From contig JAHCIY010000002.1 in assembly GCA_026128965.1 (NCBI GenBank), positions 2,000,468 through 2,064,467 on the forward strand: 64,000 bases of DNA, written 5' to 3'. Under the pieces are notes generated by a model that was not told the origin of the DNA, ran no database searches, and saw only the letters and a program-made list of their open reading frames with translations. This document shows, in pieces, positions 1-8,329 of the stretch (position 1 is its first letter; each line of letters starts with the position of its first letter). Source of the stretch: Labilithrix sp. Its GTDB lineage: Bacteria; Myxococcota_A; Polyangia; Polyangiales; Polyangiaceae. Position numbers and translations under genes: made by a program.

Positions 1-478
1 GTGCGGAGGTTCTCGCCGTGCATCGGCACGCTGGCCCACACCCGCACGAGGTCGGGGCCGGCGACGGCCTCGACCGCGCCGTCCTTGCGCGTGACCCACG
101 GCACCGTCTTGCCGTAGTTGAAGCGCAGCGCGAGCTCCGAGCACATCGGGACCTCGCCTTCGATCCCGCTGACGATGCGGACGAGCCCCGGGCCGTCGCC
201 GCCGACGGGCATGAAGTCGGTGAGGAGGATCCGCCCCTCCGCGCAGGTGAGCTCCGTCTCGATCGTGAGCGTGCCGTCGCGGTACGAACGACGCGCCGCG
301 GTCGTCGGCGTCGCCGGCGCGATCTTCCAGAAGCCGTTGTCCTCGCTCCCGAGGAGCGCGGCGAAGCAGGCCTCCGAGTCGAAGCGCGGGATGCAGGCCC
401 AGTCGATCGATCCGTCGATGCCGACGAGGGCGGCCCCTCGGCAATCGCCGAGGAGGGCGTATTCCTCGATCCGTCGCA
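1..478 (-). CDS. glycoside hydrolase family 15 (glucoamylase/trehalase-like) protein; only the N-terminal part is in the window and the 3' end runs off the window start
   Basis: Minus-strand translation from the ATG complementary to 476-478 reads MRRIEEYALLGDCRGAALVGIDGSIDWACIPRFDSEACFAALLGSEDNGFWKIAP..., the characteristic N-terminus of GH15 enzymes. The ORF is open to the window edge, so it is absent from the ORF track. GC3 is strong. Confidence 0.7.
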
Positions 479-499
479 TGTGCGGTAGAGCCTAGCGCG

Positions 500-1618
500 C
501 TACCTCGCGTCCGCGCAGCAACGGAAGCCGGTCGAATAGTCGTGGTAGTCGTGCGCGTGCGCCTTCGTGCGGTACTTGCAGCCATCGCCGTTGATGCTCG
601 TGTCGAGGTAGTAGCCGCCCGCGAACGTGCCGTGCGCCGCCGAGGCCGGCGTGCGCACCCACTCGTGGAGGTTGCCCATCATGTCGAGCGCGCCGTACGT
701 GTTCGTGCAGTCCTCGTGCGCGCCCGTCTTCGCGAGCGCGCCGTCGACCTGCCCGAGGCGAGGATCGTTGAGCTGATGCCAGACGCTCGCCTCGACCGAC
801 GACGGCCGCGTGCTCGCCTTCGCCGCCGCCGGCGGCTTGCCTTTGGTCTTCGGCTTCGGCTTCGGTTTCGTCGTCGCCTTCTTCGTCGTCGGCTTCGACT
901 TCGACGTGGCCTTCTTCGCGATCGTCGCGGTCGGCTTGCCCTTCGTCTTCTTGTCCGCCTTCGCGCCCTTCTTGGCCGGCGCCGCCGCGACGCGCGCCGG
1001 ATGCGGTTGCGGCGGCGCGCTCGCGAGCGCCTTCAGCCCGAACACCGCGCCGACCGCGCTGCGGCCGCTGTCGTGGCAGGCGGTCGGCCGGCGCGCGTCG
1101 CCGTACGGGAACGTCGTCTTGTCCGGGCCCACGCACGCGGTCATCCACTCGACCTCGGTGCAGAGCCGCTTGTGCGACGCGGCGCACGCGTCCTCCGCTT
1201 GGACCTCGCTGATGTAGCCCTGCGGGTACACGTCGGGCACGCTCACCGCGCGCACGGTGTGGCCGTCGACCGGGAGCCAGTGCGGGTACGGCTTCTCGTT
1301 GCCGTCGGCGTCGACCTCGACGAGCGACGCCTCCCAGCGATCGACGCACACGCGCACGTCGTCGCTCTCGACGAGGACCATCTCGGCGGGGCAGGGGCCT
1401 TCGTCGTCGGTCCCGAGCGCGATCTCGCCGGAGGTCCCCGCGTCGTCGGCCTCGTCGTCGCCCTCGTCGTCGCCGTCGCCGCCGTCCGGCTCTTCGCCCG
1501 CGTCGATGTCCGCCGGCGCGGCGTTCGCGGCGACGGTGGCGGGCGCGCGGGCGGTGCTCGCGCACGCGATGAAGACCGCGGCCGCGAGGGCGACCGTCGT
1601 TCGCACCTGCCAAGACAT
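500..1618 (-). CDS. secreted FGE-sulfatase (formylglycine-generating-enzyme-like) domain protein with a Lys/Pro/Thr-rich linker
   Basis: N-terminal signal peptide MSWQVRTTVALAAAVFIACAS. The C-terminal domain carries the GNLHEWV and GFRC motifs typical of the SUMF1/FGE fold. Confidence 0.7.
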   Translation of the reverse strand: MSWQVRTTVALAAAVFIACASTARAPATVAANAAPADIDAGEEPDGGDGDDEGDDEADDAGTSGEIALGTDDEGPCPAEMVLVESDDVRVCVDRWEASLVEVDADGNEKPYPHWLPVDGHTVRAVSVPDVYPQGYISEVQAEDACAASHKRLCTEVEWMTACVGPDKTTFPYGDARRPTACHDSGRSAVGAVFGLKALASAPPQPHPARVAAAPAKKGAKADKKTKGKPTATIAKKATSKSKPTTKKATTKPKPKPKTKGKPPAAAKASTRPSSVEASVWHQLNDPRLGQVDGALAKTGAHEDCTNTYGALDMMGNLHEWVRTPASAAHGTFAGGYYLDTSINGDGCKYRTKAHAHDYHDYSTGFRCCADAR

Positions 1619-1647
1619 CGGCTCGTCTCTTAGCGTAAGGTGCTCGC

Positions 1648-3636
1648 GTGTCCAGGCTCTCGACGCAAGTCTTGCTCGTCCCGCTGTTGATCGCGCTCCC
1701 GCGGCTCGCCGCGGCGGACACCGCGCCGAGCGGGCTCGAAGCGATCTCGGATCACGCCGCGCGGCAGACCGCGGAGACGATCGCGTGCACCTCGCCCCCC
1801 GCGCGCCGCTACCTCCGTCACGCGCTCCGCGACATCGACGCGCGGCGATGGGGCACGGTGATGACGAGCCTCCAGGGCGACACCGTCGACCTCGTCGCGG
1901 ACGCGGTCTACGCGGGCGTGCCGCTCCGCGCGTACGTCGGCGAGCCCGCCGCGACGTGCAGCGCGAACGGGCGCGCCGCGGCCCGGAGCGCGCTCGACGA
2001 GGCGGAGGAGAGCGGGATCCCGACCGAGGTCGATCGCTGCCTCGCGCGTCCGTTCCCGCAGCGCCGGCACGATCCCGCCTGCTCCCTCGCCGCCGCCGTG
2101 CGCGGCGCGCTCGACGGAGATCCCTCCGCCGCCCGCACCCACGTCGCCGATCTGGTCGCGACGATCACGTTCGACGTCATCTACACGGGCAAGGACCTCC
2201 CCGCGGCCCAGGTCGACGCGCTCTACGAGCACGTCGCGTACGCGCTGCGGCAGGTGATGCTCACGCGCGAGAACGAGGACACGATCGAGGAGGACGTCGC
2301 GCGCGCGTTCGGCGACGTCGATCTCGACGCGGTGCGCGGCTGGCAGTGCGACGACGCGGCGAAGCCCGTCGCGGGCGACGACCTCGCGACCTTCTGCGCC
2401 GCGACGCGTGCAGACTACACGCCACCGGTCGCGAAGGTCGCCGACCAGCCGGTCGATCTCGAGACGCTCGCGCGCGCGGCGAGGGCGGCGCCGGCGCCGG
2501 ACCGCGACGCGAAGATCGCGGAGGCGCTCCTCGGCAAGCCGGACCCGAAGGCGGCGCCGGCGAAGATCGAGCTCGGCGATCGGACCTTCACCGCCGCGAA
2601 GCCCGCCGGCCTCGGCGACGCGATCGACGCCGCCGTCGACGTCGCGCGCCTGCGCGGCGATCTCGTGGTGCTCGTCCGCGATCAGCTCCTCGGGACCGAA
2701 GTCGCGCCGGAGCGCCTCCGCGATCTCGCCGTCGTCGCGCTCCGCCTCCGCCGCGTCGCGCACGTCCTCGACGACGCGATGGGCTCGAGCGACAGGAACG
2801 CCTACGTGCTCGGTCCGCTCGAGGTCCTGCCGACGCTCCTCCCGCGCTTCAGCGACGCGGCGGTCTCGGTGCGCGGGCCGGTGCTCCGCGCGACGTCGGG
2901 CGAGCTCCGCGCGACGGTGATCGCGGCGGAGGACGGTCACCTCCGCGAGCTCGCGACGAGCGTCGCGGCGCTGGTGGGTCCGCGCGATCGCACGAGCTGC
3001 ATCGCCCCCGCCGCGGCGGGCCTCCTCGACGCGTTCGCGGCGAACGTCCCCGAGGTCCGCTCGCACGAGGACGCGTGGGCCGGCCACGAGCAGATCCGCG
3101 GCGCCGCGCGCGAGGTCGCGACGTGCACGACCGCGACGCGCGCCGATCCGGTGCTCAAGCTGAGCATCCTGCCGAGCCCCGCCCTCCGCGCGTCGTGGAA
3201 CGGCGCCTACCGCAACGCGGTCGGACCGGACGGCTTCCGGCTCGTCCCGTCGCTCGACCTCCTCTCCGCGCGGATCCGCCTTACGCCGTCCTCGGCGAAG
3301 GTGCGCGCCGCCGCGATCGTCTCCGTGCTCGACCTCGCCGCGCCGCTCGCCGAGCTCGCGATGCGCGATCCCGATCTGAAGTACGACCGCCAGGCGACGT
3401 TGTGGCTCGACGCGATCCGCCCGCGCCTCGACGTCGCGTTCTCGGTCCCTTCGATCTCGAGCCACCTCTCGGTGGTCGGCGGCTTCGCGCTCCGCACCGT
3501 CGCGCCCTACCGCGGCGGCGGCGGCAAAGGCAACGACACCGCGACCTACCTCGCGGTCGGCACCCCCGGCGGCGCCGCAGCCGAGGCCTTCGCGTCATAC
3601 GTCGAGTACAGCCTCGGCGCGAAGTACGTTTTCTAG
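1648..3636 (+). CDS. hypothetical secreted protein
   Basis: 662-aa ORF with a signal peptide (LLVPLLIALPRLAAA). Its codon bias is coherent where the overlapping ORFs are Arg-rich shadows. No family was recognised. Confidence 0.55.
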   Translation: MSRLSTQVLLVPLLIALPRLAAADTAPSGLEAISDHAARQTAETIACTSPPARRYLRHALRDIDARRWGTVMTSLQGDTVDLVADAVYAGVPLRAYVGEPAATCSANGRAAARSALDEAEESGIPTEVDRCLARPFPQRRHDPACSLAAAVRGALDGDPSAARTHVADLVATITFDVIYTGKDLPAAQVDALYEHVAYALRQVMLTRENEDTIEEDVARAFGDVDLDAVRGWQCDDAAKPVAGDDLATFCAATRADYTPPVAKVADQPVDLETLARAARAAPAPDRDAKIAEALLGKPDPKAAPAKIELGDRTFTAAKPAGLGDAIDAAVDVARLRGDLVVLVRDQLLGTEVAPERLRDLAVVALRLRRVAHVLDDAMGSSDRNAYVLGPLEVLPTLLPRFSDAAVSVRGPVLRATSGELRATVIAAEDGHLRELATSVAALVGPRDRTSCIAPAAAGLLDAFAANVPEVRSHEDAWAGHEQIRGAAREVATCTTATRADPVLKLSILPSPALRASWNGAYRNAVGPDGFRLVPSLDLLSARIRLTPSSAKVRAAAIVSVLDLAAPLAELAMRDPDLKYDRQATLWLDAIRPRLDVAFSVPSISSHLSVVGGFALRTVAPYRGGGGKGNDTATYLAVGTPGGAAAEAFASYVEYSLGAKYVF

Positions 3637-3660
3637 TCGAGAGGGGCCAGCCCCTCTCGA
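3637..3660. terminator. perfect palindrome tcgagaggggccagcccctctcga between convergent genes (bidirectional terminator candidate)
   Basis: 10-bp stem with a 4-nt loop immediately after the stop at 3634-3636. It lies in the 120-bp gap before the convergent gene ending at 3758. Confidence 0.45.
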
Positions 3661-3757
3661 GCTCTCCCCGCCGGGGCCTCTCCGCGCGCGGGGCGCGCGC
3701 TCCGCCGCCCCGGGCCCCCGAGAGGGGACGCGCGGCGTCTTCAATGCCTGTTCGGGA

Positions 3758-5116
3758 TCAGTTGCCGCGCAGCATCGCGTGGCCTTGGAGGTAGCGGCGG
3801 AGCTCGGTCGTCGTGGTCTGCTTCTTCGTGTTCTTCGGGCGGCAGTCTTGCGCGCGCTGATCGGCGCGGCACGACTTGCTGACCCACACGCACGACTTCT
3901 TCTGCGGCGCGCCGCCGGCGTAGTCGCAGCGGAGCTTCTGGTCGCAGCCGGTGAAGCTGCACTCGTGCGAGTAGTCGTTCGCCCACCGCATCGGTGAGAA
4001 CGGCGCGTTCGAGGAGGCGGCGGCGAAGAGGTTCCGCTTGCACTCGTCGAACCACGACGCGTCGCCGTTGCCGTTGCAGAAGAAGTCCGCGAGGACCTCC
4101 TTCACGTCGGCGTCGGAGGAGCGGCGGTCGATCGGGCGCGTCGACGGGAAGCCGTAGAGGCTCTCCGCCATGCCGCGCGTGCACGCCGCGTCGCCCTCGA
4201 AGTTGCAGAAGAACTTGTAGAAGCCGAGGCCGTACTGGAAGCCCGTGTCCTCGCGGGACCACACCCCGCGGTACGGCGAGTCCTGCGGCTTCATGCGGAC
4301 GCACGCGCCCGCGCTGCACGTCGGCGTGAGGCCGGGGCCGAAGGAGGCGGTGTTGGCGCGCGCCTTCGTCGTGCCCGCGGGCGAGTAGCCGTCGTCGTTG
4401 AAGTACCAGCGCCCGTCGCTCATCAGCTCCTGGAAGTTCGAGCCGGTGAGGGCGGCGGAGACGGGGACCTTCCACAGCGCGGAGAGCTCCTGCGCGACGC
4501 CGGCGCCGCCGTTGCAGCCGTTGAGCGTGACGAACGGGTTGGTGTCGCGCGCGAAGTTGTCGGCGAGGATGGCGGCGTTGCCGGGCACGCTCGCGGAGAG
4601 GACGCGGTCTTCGGTGTCGACCTCGAGGAGCGCGCCGAAGGGCGAAGAGTGACCGAAGAACTCGAGGCTCGCGATGCGGGGGAAGCGATCGAGCGCCTTG
4701 ACGAGCTTCGTCGCCGAGAGCGTCTGCAGGTCGGCGAGCCGCACGCCGCTCCCGAACGGCTCGTTCGTGACGAGCGTGGAGCCGGTGCGCGCGACGTCGC
4801 GCTTCGCGTCCTTCGTGACGAAGAGGACGATCTGATCGTTCGGGTAGAGCTGCGTGTAGCGCCGCGCCTTCGTCGTCGCGGAGAAGAGCGGCAGCTCGCC
4901 GAGGTGATCGGAGTTCCCGATCAGGAGCACGCGCGTCGTCTTCGCGAGGTCGATCCGTCCGGTCCGATCGAACGTCGCGACGAGCTCGTCCTCCGCCGCC
5001 TCCGTCGTCGGGTCATCGGCGTCGTCCTCGCTCGGCGCCGCGCACGCGAAGAGGGAGCCCACGGCGAGGCCAGCAACGACGATCGAGCGAAAGAAAGACA
5101 TGCCAGGAAGTAGCAT
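3758..5116 (-). CDS. hypothetical lipoprotein
   Basis: Signal peptide plus lipobox (VAGLAVGSLFAC). Cys-rich C-terminal region. 452 aa. Confidence 0.6.
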   Translation of the reverse strand: MLLPGMSFFRSIVVAGLAVGSLFACAAPSEDDADDPTTEAAEDELVATFDRTGRIDLAKTTRVLLIGNSDHLGELPLFSATTKARRYTQLYPNDQIVLFVTKDAKRDVARTGSTLVTNEPFGSGVRLADLQTLSATKLVKALDRFPRIASLEFFGHSSPFGALLEVDTEDRVLSASVPGNAAILADNFARDTNPFVTLNGCNGGAGVAQELSALWKVPVSAALTGSNFQELMSDGRWYFNDDGYSPAGTTKARANTASFGPGLTPTCSAGACVRMKPQDSPYRGVWSREDTGFQYGLGFYKFFCNFEGDAACTRGMAESLYGFPSTRPIDRRSSDADVKEVLADFFCNGNGDASWFDECKRNLFAAASSNAPFSPMRWANDYSHECSFTGCDQKLRCDYAGGAPQKKSCVWVSKSCRADQRAQDCRPKNTKKQTTTTELRRYLQGHAMLRGN

Positions 5117-5261
5117 GTAGGAAATTGCCTACATCTGAAATCGCGCTGAAATGGGGGCATTCACGCCCGCCGCCCATCCCGCCGCCCCATCCTCCCGTCG
5201 CCCAATCCCCAGACGCTGTCGCCGCGCGCCCGCGATCCGGTGCCCACCCGCTCGCTCTGCG

Positions 5262-6401
5262 TTACTCGAGAGGCTGGGTGGTGCGTTCTTCGAGGGTGGC
5301 GAGGGCGGTCGTGCGGTCGATCTTCGCGGCGGTGCTGGAGGTGCCGTGGGCGAGGACGAGCGGGCGGGCGGCTTCGGGATCGAGCTTGGCCATCGCGAGG
5401 AGGGCGGCTCTTCCGAAGTCGCCGGTCGGCGAGCGCTCGTAGGTCAGCTTCGCGAACGCGAACGCCTTCGCCCTCTGTTCGCGCGCCACGTTCGTCGCCC
5501 AGCCGAGGTCGCCGAGGTAGTCGATCCAGCGATCGGTGAGCCCACCTTCCTCGAACCGCCGCGGGTAGGCCGCGAGCGCGGCGTCGATGACGTCGGGCGG
5601 GCACCAGTTGTGCGCGTCGCCGTCGGGGCGCCCGCGGACGAAGGCGTCGTCGTATTGCTTCCGCCCGCTCAGGATCTTCTCGACCGCGGCCTCGATGACG
5701 CTCGCGCGCGACGCGGTGAGGTCACGCGCCCAGTCGTGGCACTCCTCCACCGTCGGCGGCTTCGACGTGAGCGCGCTCGTCGCCGCGCGGCGCACCAGCT
5801 CGTCGGGCGATCGCTGCGCCTCGTCCGCCAACGAGCGGAGCGCGGCGTCGTTCGGGCGCGCGCGGAGGAGGCACGAGACGAGGCCGGCGCGGAGCTCCAC
5901 GCTCGGCGCGTCGCGCGCGAGCTTCGTGATGCGCTCGCCGAGCTGCGCCTTGTCGCGATCGACGCGGCAGAGGATGCCGGCGAGCTCCGGCGCCGCCGCG
6001 TCGTTCGGCGGGCGCATCCCTTCGCCGATCGCGACGAGCCGCTGCGCGAGCGCCGCGTCGTCGCGGAAGAAGTCGCGATGGCGCGCGGCGTGGTACGCGC
6101 CGAACGCCGCGACGCCGGGATCGGCGTCCTCGAAGAACGCGACGAGCGTGGGCGCGTCGGCCTTCGTGACCTTCAGCGCGCGGTACGCCCGCGCCGCGTC
6201 GCAGTCGTCGTCGTAGTCGCCGATCGCGGCGGTGCACTTCGCGCGGATCTCCTTCACCGCCGCGACGAGCCGCGGCGCGTTCGCCGGATCGTGGAGGCCG
6301 ACCGGCCGCGGCGCGGAGGCCTCCGGCGCCGGCGGCGCGCTCTTCCTGCACGCGACGCTCGCGAGGACGAGGGCGACGGCGACCGAAGCGACGACGCGCA
6401 T
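5262..6401 (-). CDS. hypothetical lipoprotein
   Basis: The real start is the internal M (MRVVASVAVALVLASVACRK) of the long 5262..8126 ORF. The upstream part of that ORF is Arg-rich shadow of the plus-strand frame. Confidence 0.55.
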   Translation of the reverse strand: MRVVASVAVALVLASVACRKSAPPAPEASAPRPVGLHDPANAPRLVAAVKEIRAKCTAAIGDYDDDCDAARAYRALKVTKADAPTLVAFFEDADPGVAAFGAYHAARHRDFFRDDAALAQRLVAIGEGMRPPNDAAAPELAGILCRVDRDKAQLGERITKLARDAPSVELRAGLVSCLLRARPNDAALRSLADEAQRSPDELVRRAATSALTSKPPTVEECHDWARDLTASRASVIEAAVEKILSGRKQYDDAFVRGRPDGDAHNWCPPDVIDAALAAYPRRFEEGGLTDRWIDYLGDLGWATNVAREQRAKAFAFAKLTYERSPTGDFGRAALLAMAKLDPEAARPLVLAHGTSSTAAKIDRTTALATLEERTTQPLE

Positions 6402-6418
6402 CGCTCCTTCGTAGCAGG

Positions 6419-8203
6419 TCAATCCGCGTCGCGGCGGCCTTCGTTCACCGTCACGTCCGAGCGCGCGGCCGGGATCGCGAGGAGCTCCTCGAGCGAGCGG
6501 TCCTCGTTCGCGCCGCGCGAGATCTCGAGGAGCACGCGCTTCGCGTCGGCCGGGCTCGTCGAGCCGAGCGTCCGGGCGATCTCGGCGTCGTGCGCCTCGA
6601 GCGTCGCGAGCGCGCGCGACGACGCGACGTCTCGCTCGCGCCAGGTCGTCGACGCGCGCGCCCGGGCGCGGAGCTCGTCGCGCTCGTCGGCGAGCAGCGC
6701 GGCGACGCCCTGGCGGACGCGGACGTCCGAGTGGTGGAGGAGCGGGAGGAGGCTCGGCGCGCTCTCGGCGTGACGCGACTGCGCGAACATGTGGAGGAGG
6801 GGGCGGTGCTCGCCGGCGGAGACGCGCGCGACGTTCACCTCCGCGCCGAGGAGGTGTGTCGGCACCACCGCGTAGACGACGAGCGTGAGCGCGAGCGCGT
6901 CGAGCTGGCGGCGGAGGAGCCAGAAGAACGTCTTCTGCCGGTAGAGCTTCCACGCGACGAGCACGACGCCCGAGACGACGACGGTGGTGCCGAGGACGCC
7001 GACGATGCGGAGGTCCGAGAGGCCGCTCCGCGCGACGTGCATCGCGATGCGACGGTAGCTGCCGGCCGCGAAGCCGATGCCCTGCGCCATCCACGCGTAC
7101 GCGAGGATCCGCGCCGTCTTCGCGCGCGCGTCGTACGCGAGCGGTCCCTTGAACATGACGCCGATGACGGCGGTGAGGAGGAGGAGCGCGACGGTGAGCC
7201 AGAACGCGCCCTGATGCGCGTACTCCTGCGTCGTCATGCCGGCGGGCGTCTTGCCGGTCCAGAGGTAGCCCGCGTCGAGGAGGTTCTCGACGGCGAAGAG
7301 GACGTTGAGGCCGGCGAGCGCGTTGCGCGCGACGAGGAGCGACGTCGGCGTGGCCTCGACGTCCGTCTTCGCCGCCTCGCCGCCCTTCGCGAGCCAGAGC
7401 TTCGGGCGGAAGAACGCGGTCGCGAGCGCGAGCGCTCCGAGCCAGAGGAAGACGCGGCCGAAGGAGGGGAGCGGGATCGCGCTCGCGATCGCCTCGGCGA
7501 CGGCGCTCACGCCGCTCGCGACGACGGGGTTCGCGAGCGAGAGCACGCCGAGGAACATGGCGATGAGCGCGGCCGGGATCGCGATCGGGAGGATCGAGAC
7601 CTCGCCGATGCGGGTCCGCGCGGTGAGGGCCTTCACGCCGCGGAGCGCCGCGCCGACGCGCGAGGGCAGCCCGATCGGACCGTTCAGCGCGGAGAGGAAC
7701 GCGTCGGGGACGAAGAGCTGGCGGCGGCGGAGCGCGAGCGCGATCACGCCGACGAGCGCGACGCCGGAGGCGACGACGCCGAAGGTCGGCTCGAACGCGC
7801 AGCGCAGCGCGACGACGGCGCCGAGGACCTCGAGGATCGCGAGGCGCGCGGTGAGCACGCGCGGCTTCGCGGCGACGAACATGGCGGCGAGCACCACCGC
7901 GAAGAGGACCGCCGCGCCGTAGCCGCCCGCGGCGAACCCGTCCTCGTGCCAGAGCGTGACGTCGACCGCGATCGCGATCGCGGCGAGCATCGCGAGCTCG
8001 ATCGGCCGGAACGCCCTCGGCTTCGCCGCCGCGCGGCGCGCCGCCTCGACCGACCAGCGCGGGGCGGCGCGGTAGGGCGGGCCATGGGGGTAGCTCGGCG
8101 CCGTCGCGTGCGCGCCGGGCGTCCACTCGGGTCCGGGAAACGGGTGCGCCTGCGGGCCGGCGCCCGGGCCGGGGAAGGGCGGAAAAGGACGAGTCGGCTG
8201 CAT
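6419..8203 (-). CDS. polytopic integral membrane protein with a Pro-rich N-terminus and a HEAT-like C-terminal tail
   Basis: Multiple hydrophobic helices (LAMLAAIAIAV, VLFAVVLAAMFVAA, WLTVALLLLTAVIGV, VVVSGVVLVAW). Co-oriented with the lipoprotein gene immediately downstream. Confidence 0.6.
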   Translation of the reverse strand: MQPTRPFPPFPGPGAGPQAHPFPGPEWTPGAHATAPSYPHGPPYRAAPRWSVEAARRAAAKPRAFRPIELAMLAAIAIAVDVTLWHEDGFAAGGYGAAVLFAVVLAAMFVAAKPRVLTARLAILEVLGAVVALRCAFEPTFGVVASGVALVGVIALALRRRQLFVPDAFLSALNGPIGLPSRVGAALRGVKALTARTRIGEVSILPIAIPAALIAMFLGVLSLANPVVASGVSAVAEAIASAIPLPSFGRVFLWLGALALATAFFRPKLWLAKGGEAAKTDVEATPTSLLVARNALAGLNVLFAVENLLDAGYLWTGKTPAGMTTQEYAHQGAFWLTVALLLLTAVIGVMFKGPLAYDARAKTARILAYAWMAQGIGFAAGSYRRIAMHVARSGLSDLRIVGVLGTTVVVSGVVLVAWKLYRQKTFFWLLRRQLDALALTLVVYAVVPTHLLGAEVNVARVSAGEHRPLLHMFAQSRHAESAPSLLPLLHHSDVRVRQGVAALLADERDELRARARASTTWRERDVASSRALATLEAHDAEIARTLGSTSPADAKRVLLEISRGANEDRSLEELLAIPAARSDVTVNEGRRDAD

Positions 8204-8329
8204 GGGACGTACGACGCGTGGGGGCGGTCCTTCATTGCCTCCACCACCGCTGGTAGGCGACCGTTCGCCCCGCTTCCGCGACCATCCAAATCGTTGATCG
8301 ATTCGGAGGGCTGTGATCTAAGGGGCCTC

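Noticed and set aside
1257-3794. 845-aa ORF on the plus strand (and 1630..3465 minus, 611 aa)
   Set aside because: Extremely Arg/Gly/Pro-rich with homopolymeric R runs. These are alternative frames or the opposite strand of the real secreted-protein gene 1648..3636, typical high-GC shadow ORFs.
6590-8329. N-terminal 580 codons of the 1382-aa ORF 6590..10738
   Set aside because: The part upstream of about 8330 is Arg/Glu/Asp-rich shadow of the minus-strand membrane-protein and lipoprotein genes. Only the SNF2 region from about 8330 is protein-like.
8204-8329. Small ORF or leader peptide in the divergent intergenic region
   Set aside because: No start-stop pair with an RBS. Treated as a divergent promoter region only.
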